A stretch of DNA of 64,000 nt from an uncultured Spirochaetales bacterium (GTDB taxonomy: Bacteria > Myxococcota_A > UBA9160 > UBA6930), in assembly GCA_964501435.1 (NCBI GenBank), contig CAZCTH010000001.1:2656-66655 (forward strand). The letters run 5' to 3'. Under the pieces are notes generated by a model. The model saw only the letters and a list, made by a program, of their open reading frames with translations, did not search any database and was not told the DNA's origin. Numbering within the stretch: the stretch's first letter is position 1; every line of letters starts with the position of its first letter. Below, piece after piece: positions 27,706 through 36,496 of this stretch. Made by a program: the position numbers and the translations under genes.

Positions 27706-28098
27706 ATGATCGTCGCGGAATTCATCCTTGTCGCGTTCGTCGCGGGCATCCTCGCGAAGAGCGGCTGGATCGCGATCGCGACGTTCGCTCTGCTCTACAG
27801 CGTCTACCGCTACAGCCGACTCTCTGTCCTGCTCGCCGCGTTGCTGATCGCTTATTGGGCGGCAGTCGGCTTTCAGGTTGGCCGCGGCGTGAGCGGCCCG
27901 GTCGGCGCCTTGGCTGGCGCGGTAGTGGCGGGTCTGGTGTCCGCGCGCGTGCACCGCGATGCCTTCACTCGTCTACGTGGGCGGGGAGAGATCAGGCAGA
28001 CTCCTGCGCCGCAACCGGTAGCGTTCAGTGCATCGCCGGTGCCGAAGACTCACCGCGAAGGCGACGTGATCGACGTGGAGTACCGCGTCGTTTCGTAA
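27706..28098 (+). CDS. small membrane protein (3 predicted TM helices), unknown function
   Basis: ATG at 27706. MIVAEFILVAFVAGILAKSGWIAIATFALLY.. followed by two more hydrophobic helices and a charged tail. The upstream part of the track ORF is Arg-rich noise. Confidence 0.55.
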   Translation: MIVAEFILVAFVAGILAKSGWIAIATFALLYSVYRYSRLSVLLAALLIAYWAAVGFQVGRGVSGPVGALAGAVVAGLVSARVHRDAFTRLRGRGEIRQTPAPQPVAFSASPVPKTHREGDVIDVEYRVVS

Positions 28099-28170
28099 CG
28101 CGAGCGCGCCATTGTCTCGCTCAGCCCGTTGTCGATTCGATGCATGATCGGGCTCCGCTTGGGAGTCGGA

Positions 28171-28345
28171 TGGCAGCGCGAGTGGACTTGGCTTTGGCAG
28201 CGCGTATGCGTGATGAGCTGCGCGGGAGAGGGAGCGGGTCGGGGAGAGATCGGAGGAGAGAGGAGTTGTTATAGAATCTTGTGCAAGATAAAGAGTGCTG
28301 GACGGAATCTCGCAACCGCTCGATTCTCAAAGGAAATCTGTTGGA
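28171..28345. promoter_or_regulatory. repeat-rich, locally AT-rich intergenic block
   Basis: The role could be an oriT, a promoter remnant or a rearrangement junction. TGGCAGCGCG occurs at 28171-28180 and again at 28195-28204. A purine-rich tract runs 28224-28265 (37 of 42 nt). An AT-rich stretch follows with GAATCT at 28274 and 28305, GATTCT at 28322 and GAAATCT at 28333. Confidence 0.35.
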
Positions 28346-28406
28346 CGACGCGCGAAGAGCGCACATCCGGCACAGGTTCAGCCTCGAGGGCTACTAGAGG
28401 CCTTGG

Positions 28407-28925
28407 CTACTTACGCGGCTGGCGTTCGCCTGAGCCACCATTCACGGCCGGAGCTGCTGCCGGAGCGAAGGCGTCCGAAGTGCGTGCGGCGTGCTCATCC
28501 ACCGCCGTCAGCCACGCGCGATGCCGCGCCGAAGCACTCTGTGAACGCGTTGCTCGCAGCTCGGGCGGAACCTCTGGCATGTGCAGCATCAGCCCGAAGT
28601 AGAGCCGATCGAGCATCGCCTCGGCTCGCGCAATCCGTAGGTCGATCGAAGCAAGAGTGTCCGTGTGGTCGTCGATCCGGGCGGCGATCCGCGCCTCGAG
28701 TTCGAGCAATGGCAGGGGCACGCGCCGCGGCGCATCGGTGTCGGCCGGGAGGAACCGCACCGCCTCCGCGGTCACGTCTCGCGCGGCGAAGGCCTCCGCG
28801 AGAGCAGTGCGAACGATTTCCGAGAGCCGCTCCCCGGTCGCAGCCGCCTCGCGCAGCATCCGCTGGTAGAGCGCCTCGGCGATGTGCGTGCGCACTTCGT
28901 ACTGCTTCCGTCGTTCATTGCTCAT
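28407..28925 (-). CDS. ribbon-helix-helix (CopG-like) protein following traG
   Basis: Start moved to the ATG at 28925 (MSNERRKQYEVRTHIAEALYQRMLREAAATGERLSEIVRTAL is an RHH-type N-terminus). It overlaps the traG stop by 11 nt. Confidence 0.6.
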   Translation of the reverse strand: MSNERRKQYEVRTHIAEALYQRMLREAAATGERLSEIVRTALAEAFAARDVTAEAVRFLPADTDAPRRVPLPLLELEARIAARIDDHTDTLASIDLRIARAEAMLDRLYFGLMLHMPEVPPELRATRSQSASARHRAWLTAVDEHAARTSDAFAPAAAPAVNGGSGERQPRK

Positions 28926-30996
28926 GCTGCGCTCCCGAGCGCGCGCTCTCACCGAACATCTTCTCTTGCGCGAGGAGTTGCTCCGGCGCAACTACCGTCG
29001 AGGCGGCGCCCGCTGTCCAAGGGCACGCGCGGGAACGCAGCCGATCCGACTCCCGCGGCGCAGCGATCGCCGCTCGTCGCGCGAACTCTGCGTTCTCGAA
29101 GTACCGCAGCTTGCTTGCGAGAATCGGCCGAGCGCCGGCGACGAAGACCAGTGCAGCGTCGGCCGGCAGGCGCATGGCTTCGTCAGGCGTCAGCAGAGCC
29201 CGGTGCGACTCCTGCTCGGATGCGAGCACGTGCATGAGCACTGGGTTGAGGCGATTTCCCGTGTACGTGCGGCTCTCCTTGTGCACGGTCATCGCACCCG
29301 CCATGTCTGACAAGAGTCGCGCTGTCTCGACGCGATTCGGAGCGAAAGCGACGCGGACATGGCAGTTCGACACGATGCTCTCGTCGCGGCCGTACGCGGC
29401 GTAGAGCTGCGAAAGGTCCTGCACGATGAGGAACGCCTGAATCCCGTAGCCGGACAGGTACGAGAGCTGACTCTGGAAGAAATCGAGCCGCCCGAGCGTC
29501 GGGAACTCATCCATCAGCAGAAGAAGCTGGCGGCGGTCCCGCCGACCGTTGCTGTCCGGCGCGTGCAGTTCTTCCGTCAAACGCCGCCCGACCTGCTGGA
29601 TCAGAAGCCGGGTCAGCGACCGTGTGCGCGCTAGATCTGACGGCGGAACGGTCAGGTAGAGGCTCACGGTGCGATCGGGGCGAACCAGGTCGGCGATGCG
29701 AAAATCGCAGGCGGATGTGTTCGCGGCCACGATGTCGTCGTGGTAGAGGCTAAGGAACTTCGTGGCCGAGGAGAGCACGCTCGACCGCTCGTTCTCGGAC
29801 TTGTTCTTCAGCGATCGCGCAGCACGCGCGACCGCGGGGTGCGTCGGCGTGGCTTCCCCGGTTGTTGGGTCGTGCCATCCGCGCGTCAGGCCAGGATCGT
29901 GCGGCGCATTGAGCATCTCATCGAGCACGGTGCCGATCGTGCGGCTCGGGTCCGTGAGGAAGTCGAGGCAGCCGCGCAAGCTCTTGTCGGGTCGCACGTA
30001 GAGCACGTGCAGAATCGTGCCCGCGAGAACTTCCTGCGCAGTGAGATCCCAGTGGTCCTTCGTGCCCGCGCCATCCGGATCGACGAGCATGTCGGCGATC
30101 GTCTGAACGTCGCGCACTTCGAACGGCCCGCGCCGCACCTCGAGCAACGGGTTGTATCGCGCGGCGCTTCCGTCGGCGCAGGTGGGGTCGAAGCGCAGGC
30201 AAGTGCTGCCGAGCTCGCGCTGGCGAAACCCCGCGGTGAGCGACCAGTTCTCGCCCTTCACGTCGTTCACGAGCACGGAGTGCGGCCAGGTAAGAAGCGT
30301 CGGGATCACCCAGCCGACGCCTTTGCCCGAGCGCGAAGGCGCGAAGCCGAGGACGTGTTGAGGCCCGGCGTGGCGAAGTGGGAGCTCGCGCCGGCCGCGC
30401 TGCCAGACGCCGACGTAAATGCCTTGCCGACCCAACAGCCCCGCAGCTTCGACATCGAGATCGGACGCCCATCGTGCAGAGCCGTGCAGGTCGCTCTTGC
30501 CGCCGACCCGCCGCGCTCGCCGCACGGCGATCGCGATTCCAACGATGAAGACGAAGTGCGCCGGTACTCCAATCAGCCAGTGGCCGGTGCGAAAGATCGC
30601 GTCGGTAGCGGGTGTGCTCGCGAAGCGGAGCTCCCAGATGAAGAAGTCCCAGGGTGCGTAGATCGGGCCGAGCCACGCCGCTGCCGCGGCGATCGCCGCA
30701 ACCGTCGAGGGAGCGGCGAACCGACGTGCGGGCACATGAAACGTGGACAGGAATGCAACCGCTGCGAGTAGAACAGCGAAGGCAGCGAGCGCGACACGCG
30801 CATCGGGCGACGCCGTGAGCAGTGGCGCGCCGAGCGCGCGTTGGAAGCCGAATCGCCACGCGGTCCATTGCGTCGTCGCCCACAGAACGAGAACGATGGT
30901 TGCGGCTACCGAAATCAGCGAGGCGAAGAGAACGCCGGCCGCACTGTTGCCGTCGGTGCCGCCGGGCAGGCGATAGAGAGCGAGTCTTTTCTGCAC
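28915..30996 (-). CDS. traG: TraG/VirD4 type IV coupling protein
   Basis: 693 aa with N-terminal TM helices, a P-loop-like FAPSRSGKGVGWVIP and the conserved LLLLMDEFPTLG (Walker B region) typical of T4CPs. Confidence 0.9.
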   Translation of the reverse strand: MQKRLALYRLPGGTDGNSAAGVLFASLISVAATIVLVLWATTQWTAWRFGFQRALGAPLLTASPDARVALAAFAVLLAAVAFLSTFHVPARRFAAPSTVAAIAAAAAWLGPIYAPWDFFIWELRFASTPATDAIFRTGHWLIGVPAHFVFIVGIAIAVRRARRVGGKSDLHGSARWASDLDVEAAGLLGRQGIYVGVWQRGRRELPLRHAGPQHVLGFAPSRSGKGVGWVIPTLLTWPHSVLVNDVKGENWSLTAGFRQRELGSTCLRFDPTCADGSAARYNPLLEVRRGPFEVRDVQTIADMLVDPDGAGTKDHWDLTAQEVLAGTILHVLYVRPDKSLRGCLDFLTDPSRTIGTVLDEMLNAPHDPGLTRGWHDPTTGEATPTHPAVARAARSLKNKSENERSSVLSSATKFLSLYHDDIVAANTSACDFRIADLVRPDRTVSLYLTVPPSDLARTRSLTRLLIQQVGRRLTEELHAPDSNGRRDRRQLLLLMDEFPTLGRLDFFQSQLSYLSGYGIQAFLIVQDLSQLYAAYGRDESIVSNCHVRVAFAPNRVETARLLSDMAGAMTVHKESRTYTGNRLNPVLMHVLASEQESHRALLTPDEAMRLPADAALVFVAGARPILASKLRYFENAEFARRAAIAAPRESDRLRSRACPWTAGAASTVVAPEQLLAQEKMFGESARSGAQHEQ

Positions 30997-31078
30997 GAGT
31001 CGGACTCCGAGCGCGGAGTCCGGTCATCGCGGGGGAGATCGGTTGGTAGCACGCGACCCAGGGCAGGGCGCCTCCGAT

Positions 31079-32959
31079 TCACCGGCTGCGCGAATGCTCG
31101 TGCATGCGCTCGAGGTCATCGAGCGTCCAAGTGACGCGTCGGCGTTGATCGTCCTGCTGGATCTGAGCATGAGCGCGCGTGTCGTGACCGATCGGAACGG
31201 AGCGCTCCACGACAGGTACAACTGTGAGCTGTCGGCCCGTGTCGATCACGGCATGCAGCGCTTCGCGTTCATCGACCGCGTAGGCGACCAAGCGCCCTTC
31301 GTGGCTAAGCGCGGGCGTTTCAGAAGCCGGCCGAGCAGGCTTTCCGAAGCGCGGCTCGACCTCGGCGACCCTGAGCCGTGAGTGCTCTCGCTCGTTGGAT
31401 TGCTTTTCCACTTCTCGCTCCGCTCCTTGAATGACGATCAACCGCTGCGCCTCGCCGAGGCCGTGACGGCGGATGAGTCCAGCGCGCTCCAGCAGCGGGA
31501 GGCGGTCGCGGACCGCGTGCCACCAACGCGCCTGGAAGCCGCGCGGTCGCGCGCCCTCTGCGCGTTCCGGCTGTCCTGAACGAAGCCATTCGAGGGCGTC
31601 GAGATCGAGCGCCGTCGACGGCGTATCGACGCGCTGTAGGTCGCCGATGCGACCGTGCGCGAGCACCTGCGTCCCGCCGAGAGGCGCTCGGCGAATCGTT
31701 GCAACGCTGCCTGGCCTAAGAACCCCGGCGGCGCGGCTCGAAGAGATGGCTTGCTCCTCGCGCAGAATGTGGCGGCGACCATCAGTGGCTTCAACCACGA
31801 GAAGAGTCCCGTCCGAGGTCTCGGAGTAGCCCGCTCCCGCAACGCGTCCGCGAATCTCTTGGCCTGGAGCGAGCGTCGTAACAACAACCGGCGCGCGCGC
31901 GTCCGTGATGCCGACTCCGCCGCGCCACATGCTCTTCTGGACGTCGCCCGCGATCTGAAGCTCGCGCAGCTTGGCTTCGAGGTTCGCGTCGAGCTGCCAC
32001 TCGTGCTTCGAGAGGTGCTCCGCGAGACCCAGCGAGCGGAGGTAGAGGAGGCGCCGGAGCTCTTGGGGGAAGAGGCCGCTCGCCATGCCCTCGCGGCCGC
32101 TCGCAGGCGCCGCCACGCGACCATCGGCGGTCGCCCGACGAAGGAGACCTCGATCGATCTCTGTCACGCGCGGCGCTTCGATCGCTCGTTCCCTCGCTGT
32201 GAGCCGCTCTCGATCCTGGCGAAGGCCCAGCGTTCGCGTCAGGACCTCCTGGCTTCGCGCGCGGATTCCTTCGCGCACGTAAGCGCGTGGGAATCGGAGC
32301 TCGCGGCCGCTGCGATCAACGCCGCGAATAACAACGTGGACATGCGGATGGTCGGTGTCGTGGTGGTCGATGGCGGCCCAGTCGAGTTCCACATCGAGGT
32401 CGCCTTCCACTGCGCGTACGAGCGCGCGCGCGTGGGCGTGAAGATCGACTCGATCCCCCGCTTCAGGGGAGACCACGATTTTCCAGAGGCGCCGATCGCC
32501 GGCGCGCTGCCAGTCATCGAGACGATCGGGGAGATGCACGTCTTCCCGATCCGCGTCGAAGCCGATTCCCCTCTCGCTTTCGCGCTGGGCTCCCTTTCGG
32601 CCCAGGTACTGCCCATACGCGCGGAAGCCACCTGGCCGCGCGTGAGAGAGGAACGAGACCTTGACGAGGCTGCGCTGGAGCAAGGGCGACGACAGCGGAG
32701 ATGTTGCGAGAGAGCGCGCGCGAGGGCCCTGATGAGACCGCCGGAGAGCACTGCCCGAACGAAGGCGCCCCTGCTCGCGGCGAATTCGGGAAGGTCGGAC
32801 GCGCGCGGCCGGCGCATCGTCGGTGGAGATTTGGCGAGTTTCAACGAAGACTGACGAAAGCTCGTTCGCGGCACCGCCGGATTCGCGCGCCGGCAAGGCC
32901 TCTGCGCGCGCCGCGTCTCGGTGAACGCGGCCAGGTCGAATCCGTCGGCGGGTCGTCAC
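31079..32959 (-). CDS. relaxase/mobilisation nuclease (DUF3363-type, MOB-P-like histidine triad)
   Basis: Motifs WKIVVSPEAGDRVDL and DHHDTDHPHVHVVIRG, with a long C-terminal extension. ATGA overlap with the traF stop. Confidence 0.85.
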   Translation of the reverse strand: MTTRRRIRPGRVHRDAARAEALPARESGGAANELSSVFVETRQISTDDAPAARVRPSRIRREQGRLRSGSALRRSHQGPRARSLATSPLSSPLLQRSLVKVSFLSHARPGGFRAYGQYLGRKGAQRESERGIGFDADREDVHLPDRLDDWQRAGDRRLWKIVVSPEAGDRVDLHAHARALVRAVEGDLDVELDWAAIDHHDTDHPHVHVVIRGVDRSGRELRFPRAYVREGIRARSQEVLTRTLGLRQDRERLTARERAIEAPRVTEIDRGLLRRATADGRVAAPASGREGMASGLFPQELRRLLYLRSLGLAEHLSKHEWQLDANLEAKLRELQIAGDVQKSMWRGGVGITDARAPVVVTTLAPGQEIRGRVAGAGYSETSDGTLLVVEATDGRRHILREEQAISSSRAAGVLRPGSVATIRRAPLGGTQVLAHGRIGDLQRVDTPSTALDLDALEWLRSGQPERAEGARPRGFQARWWHAVRDRLPLLERAGLIRRHGLGEAQRLIVIQGAEREVEKQSNEREHSRLRVAEVEPRFGKPARPASETPALSHEGRLVAYAVDEREALHAVIDTGRQLTVVPVVERSVPIGHDTRAHAQIQQDDQRRRVTWTLDDLERMHEHSRSR

Positions 32960-33501
32960 GGGCGATCGAGGCTCAGCGTCGCAATCGGCCTGAGCGAAGC
33001 GATCACTGAAGAGACCGGGACGGGGCCGAAGTAACGGCTATCCCAGCTGCGATCGTCATCGACGCCGATCAGCCAAACCTCGCTGGGACCGACCGAGTGC
33101 CGACCCAGAGGCCAGTGCGAGAGCGGACGGGCCAGCGAGTCCCGCGTTCGCAGCGCACTGGTTGAGATGCGCTCGCCATTCACAGCCAAGTCGGTCGCGC
33201 TCAACTCCACCATGTCGCCCGGCGTCGCCGCGATCCGCTTGCCGACTGGGCTCGCATGTAAAGCGCACGAACCGCCCGGTAGATAACCACGCTCGCGACC
33301 GGCGTGCGCAGTCGGTGGCGGCAAGCAGACGAGGGAGATCTCACCGCGCCTGACTATCGGCGGACCAATGCTGTAGAGTCCGACCGGCATCGATGCCGTC
33401 CAGTTGAAGCGGACGCCTGCGATCTGCGGCGGTGCTATGACCGCCACACAGAGCGCGCCGGCGCAAGCGAGCGCAGTCCCGCGTATGAGGACCACTCTCA
33501 T
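32956..33501 (-). CDS. traF: TraF, S26-family signal-peptidase-like conjugative pilin-maturation protease
   Basis: 181 aa with a signal anchor, NWTASMPVGLY (Ser nucleophile region) and a C-terminal DDRSWDSRYFGPV motif. Confidence 0.85.
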   Translation of the reverse strand: MRVVLIRGTALACAGALCVAVIAPPQIAGVRFNWTASMPVGLYSIGPPIVRRGEISLVCLPPPTAHAGRERGYLPGGSCALHASPVGKRIAATPGDMVELSATDLAVNGERISTSALRTRDSLARPLSHWPLGRHSVGPSEVWLIGVDDDRSWDSRYFGPVPVSSVIASLRPIATLSLDRP

Positions 33502-33719
33502 GGGACCGAGCGGAGAGTTCGCTCCAGCGGTGGTGTCTGGGAAGTCGACTCCCGGACGCCGCTGCGCACGAACTCATCAAGTTCGGTCGGGTCGTATCGC
33601 ACCGCGTTTCCCAGCTTCACGAATCGCGGGCCGCGCCCCTCGATGCGCCACTTCTGGAGCGTGCGCACGCTGAGTCCGAGACGGCTCGAAACCTCGGCCT
33701 CTCGCAAGAGTGCAGACAT
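33498..33719 (-). CDS. AlpA/excisionase-like helix-turn-helix protein
   Basis: 73 aa. LGLSVRTLQKWRIEGRGPRFVKLGNAVRYDPTELDEFV is an AlpA/MerR-type wHTH. It is the first gene of the minus-strand transfer operon. Confidence 0.75.
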   Translation of the reverse strand: MSALLREAEVSSRLGLSVRTLQKWRIEGRGPRFVKLGNAVRYDPTELDEFVRSGVRESTSQTPPLERTLRSVP

Positions 33720-34223
33720 GGTTCGCCTCCCGAGGAAGCGAAGCAGAGCAAGGGGCGTGCCCGCGCGTTCAAGCGCTCGGCGATGTCGCCGCCGTGAATC
33801 AGCGTGTCGGTATCGGGTTCACGGGACCGCTCAAGCGCGGAATTGTCGTCTGGCTAGCAACGCGTGCTCGGCTCGTCTGGGCGGTGAGGTCATCGGGTCC
33901 CGCGAGGGGGAGCTGGGCCCGACGGCGACCGTCGTGCTCGGACGCAGCGCTGCGCCGTCCCTGCCGACGCAGCATGGGCGGCGGCTCGCGTCGCTCGTGC
34001 CCCCAACCGTCCGCCGCGCGGACTCGACGACGCTCGGACGTCGGGAGTCGATCGTGGACGTTGGCGCAAGCATCGGTTCGAACCCATCTGCTCTACCGCG
34101 CGGGTGCAAGCCGGCGCTCCCGAGCGGGTCGTGTTCATTTCCGATGCGAAACAAGATTGCAGATACGAAAGGTGGGTGGTTTACTCCGGCTTCGGGGCGT
34201 TGCCCCGTTTCGGAGGAGAGGCC

Positions 34224-35348
34224 GTGGCGCTGCGCACTCGCGTCTGTGACTTGTTCGAAATCGAGTTCCCGATCGTGCTCGCTGGCATGGGCGGAGCCGC
34301 GACTCCGGAGCTCGCAGCCGCGGTTTCGAATGCCGGCGGCCTGGGCGTGCTCGGCGCCGCCGCCTGTGGGCCGAACCGACTGCGCGAGTGGATCCGCCGC
34401 ACTCGCCAGCTCACGAACAAGCCGTTCGGCGTCGACACGCTTCTGCCGGCTTCCGTGCGCCGCGGCGCGTTGCAGAAAAAGGCGGGGCCCTCTCCACTCG
34501 AGCAGCTGCCTTCGCTGCAGAAGTTCGCGCGCGAGTTCATGGAGCGAGAGGGTCTTTCCAGCGTCGACCTCGCCGCCGAGGAGGACGCGCTCGATCGCGG
34601 AGGTCCGGCTCCGCTCACCAAGGAATTCTTCGAAGCGCAGATGAAGGTGGTGGTCGAGGAGAAGGTCCCCGTATACGCGGCGGGCCTCGGCAATCCCGGC
34701 CCATACATCGACGCTCTGCACCGCAACGGCACGCGCGTAATGGCGGTCATCGGTCAGACGTATCACGCACGCCAAGTGGCTGAGTCCGGCGTCGACGCGA
34801 TCGTCGCCCAGGGCCACGACGGCGGCGGGCACAACGCGCCGATCGGCACACTCGCGCTGATTCCCCAAGTTCGCGACGCCATCGGCGACATTCCGCTGCT
34901 CGGCGCCGGAGGTATCGGCGACGGCCGCGGTGTCGCTGCGGCCCTCATGCTCGGCGCCGAGGGCGTGTGGATTGGCACGGCCTTTCTCGCGACGCGCGAG
35001 GCGGGGCTGCGCGATTTTCAGAAGGAAGCGCTCGTCGAGGCGACTGACGCAGGGACGACGATCTCGCGCTGCATCACGGGCAAGCCCGCGCGTGCACTTC
35101 GCTCCAAATGGACTTCGGCGTTCGAGGAGAGCAGGATCACGCCGCTTCCGATGCCCTACCAGTCGATGGTGGCGATGCCCGTGCTCGCCGCCGCGACTCG
35201 GGCGGACCGCAAGGACATCGCTCCCGGCTTCGCAGGGCAAGGGGTCGGATTGATCCGCGAAGTGCGCTCCGCCGCGGACGTGCTCCAAGACCTCGTGAAG
35301 GGCGCGGAGCGCGTGCTCAACGCGGCGCCGGCCTTCACCGGGCGCTGA
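34224..35348 (+). CDS. nitronate monooxygenase (NMO/2-nitropropane dioxygenase-like, FMN) family protein
   Basis: GTG at 34224 follows GGAGGAGAG. FEIEFPIVLAGMGGAATPELAAAVSNAGGLGVLG and GGIGDGRGVAAALMLGAEGVWIGT. Confidence 0.85.
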   Translation: MALRTRVCDLFEIEFPIVLAGMGGAATPELAAAVSNAGGLGVLGAAACGPNRLREWIRRTRQLTNKPFGVDTLLPASVRRGALQKKAGPSPLEQLPSLQKFAREFMEREGLSSVDLAAEEDALDRGGPAPLTKEFFEAQMKVVVEEKVPVYAAGLGNPGPYIDALHRNGTRVMAVIGQTYHARQVAESGVDAIVAQGHDGGGHNAPIGTLALIPQVRDAIGDIPLLGAGGIGDGRGVAAALMLGAEGVWIGTAFLATREAGLRDFQKEALVEATDAGTTISRCITGKPARALRSKWTSAFEESRITPLPMPYQSMVAMPVLAAATRADRKDIAPGFAGQGVGLIREVRSAADVLQDLVKGAERVLNAAPAFTGR

Positions 35349-35396
35349 GGCGAATTGCGCGGAGCCCGCACAAGCGGTCGCTCGAGAGGTCAGGCG

Positions 35397-36485
35397 ATGG
35401 ACTTCGGCGTACAGATGATCTTCCAGAGCTACGGCTACGGGCCCGGGGTCGACGACGGCCAGGTCGTCGCCGAGGAGATCCAACTCGGCGTGCTCGCGGA
35501 GGAGCTCGGCTTCGACAAGCTCTGGCCCGTCGAGCATCACTTCGAGGACTACGCGTTCTGTCCTGATAACACGCAGTTCCTCAGCTACATGGCCGCGCGC
35601 ACGCGGCGCATTGGCCTCGCCACCGGCGCAGTGATCCTGCCCTGGAACGACCCGCTGCGCGTGGCCGAGAAGATCAGCCTGCTCGATCACCTCTGCGGTG
35701 GTCGCACTGTCTTCGGCATGGGACGCGGTCTCGCGCGGCGGGAGTACATCCCCTTCCGCATCGAGATGGACAGTTCGCGCGAGCGCTTCGACGAGGCAGC
35801 GCCGATGATCCTCGCCGCGCTCGAGAGCGGGTTCATCGAGGGCCGTGGTCCCCACTACCCGCAGCCGCGCACGCCCATTCGCCCGCGCCCGTTCAAGTCG
35901 TTCCGCGGGCGCACCTACTGCGTCGCGATGTCGCCCGACTCGGTGCTCACCGCCGCGCGTCTCGGGGCGCAACCCGTGATGTTCAGCCAACGCGCTTGGG
36001 ACCAGGCGAAGGCCGCCATCGATCGATATCGCGAGGAGTTCACGAAGCATCACGCGGGAAGTCCGTTGCCACCGGTGACCTGCGACTTCGTCTACTGCGA
36101 CGAAGATCGCGCGCGCGCCGAAGACAAGGCCGCACGCCACATCACGGGCTACCTCACCAGCGTGCTCGGCCACTACGAGCTCGCCGGCGAGCACTTCAAG
36201 AGCGCCAAGGGTTACGAATCCTACGGCGCGGCAGTCGATACGCTTCGCCAGCTCGGACTCGACGCGCAGCTGAAGGCCTACCTCGCGGTGCAGATTTGGG
36301 GAACGCCCGAGATGTGTCTCGAGAAAATCGAGCAGCGGCGTGCGCTGCTCGGCGACTTCGACCTGACCTGTTGCTTCCGGTTCGCAGGCCTCCCGTACGC
36401 GGATGCCGAGCGCAGCATGCGCACCTTCGCGACGCACGTGATCGCGCCGCTGCGTGCGAGATACGGCGCGCCGGTCGCCGCCTGA
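35397..36485 (+). CDS. luciferase-like (LLM-class) flavin-dependent monooxygenase
   Basis: MDFGVQMIFQSYG..LGFDKLWPVEHHF is a typical LLM N-terminus on a TIM-barrel-length protein. Confidence 0.8.
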   Translation: MDFGVQMIFQSYGYGPGVDDGQVVAEEIQLGVLAEELGFDKLWPVEHHFEDYAFCPDNTQFLSYMAARTRRIGLATGAVILPWNDPLRVAEKISLLDHLCGGRTVFGMGRGLARREYIPFRIEMDSSRERFDEAAPMILAALESGFIEGRGPHYPQPRTPIRPRPFKSFRGRTYCVAMSPDSVLTAARLGAQPVMFSQRAWDQAKAAIDRYREEFTKHHAGSPLPPVTCDFVYCDEDRARAEDKAARHITGYLTSVLGHYELAGEHFKSAKGYESYGAAVDTLRQLGLDAQLKAYLAVQIWGTPEMCLEKIEQRRALLGDFDLTCCFRFAGLPYADAERSMRTFATHVIAPLRARYGAPVAA

Positions 36486-36496
36486 AGGAGCCCGCG

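Larger units (their letters stand above)
10943..33719. mobile_element. ICE-type conjugative transfer backbone, split into two convergent blocks around an accessory/defence island
   Basis: Contains a Trb P-type T4SS, TraG coupling protein, relaxase and TraF. It carries a complete Trb set on the plus strand and HTH-TraF-relaxase-TraG-RHH on the minus strand. No integrase is present in the window, so the true ends are undefined. Confidence 0.8.

Noticed and set aside
33831-36437. 868-aa minus-strand ORF, the longest ORF in this part of the track
   Set aside because: It lies antisense to three plus-strand genes with clear family motifs (NMO, LLM, start of the ADH). Its translation is Arg/Ala/Gly/His-rich with no recognisable motif. 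This is a typical stop-codon-poor shadow ORF of GC-rich DNA.
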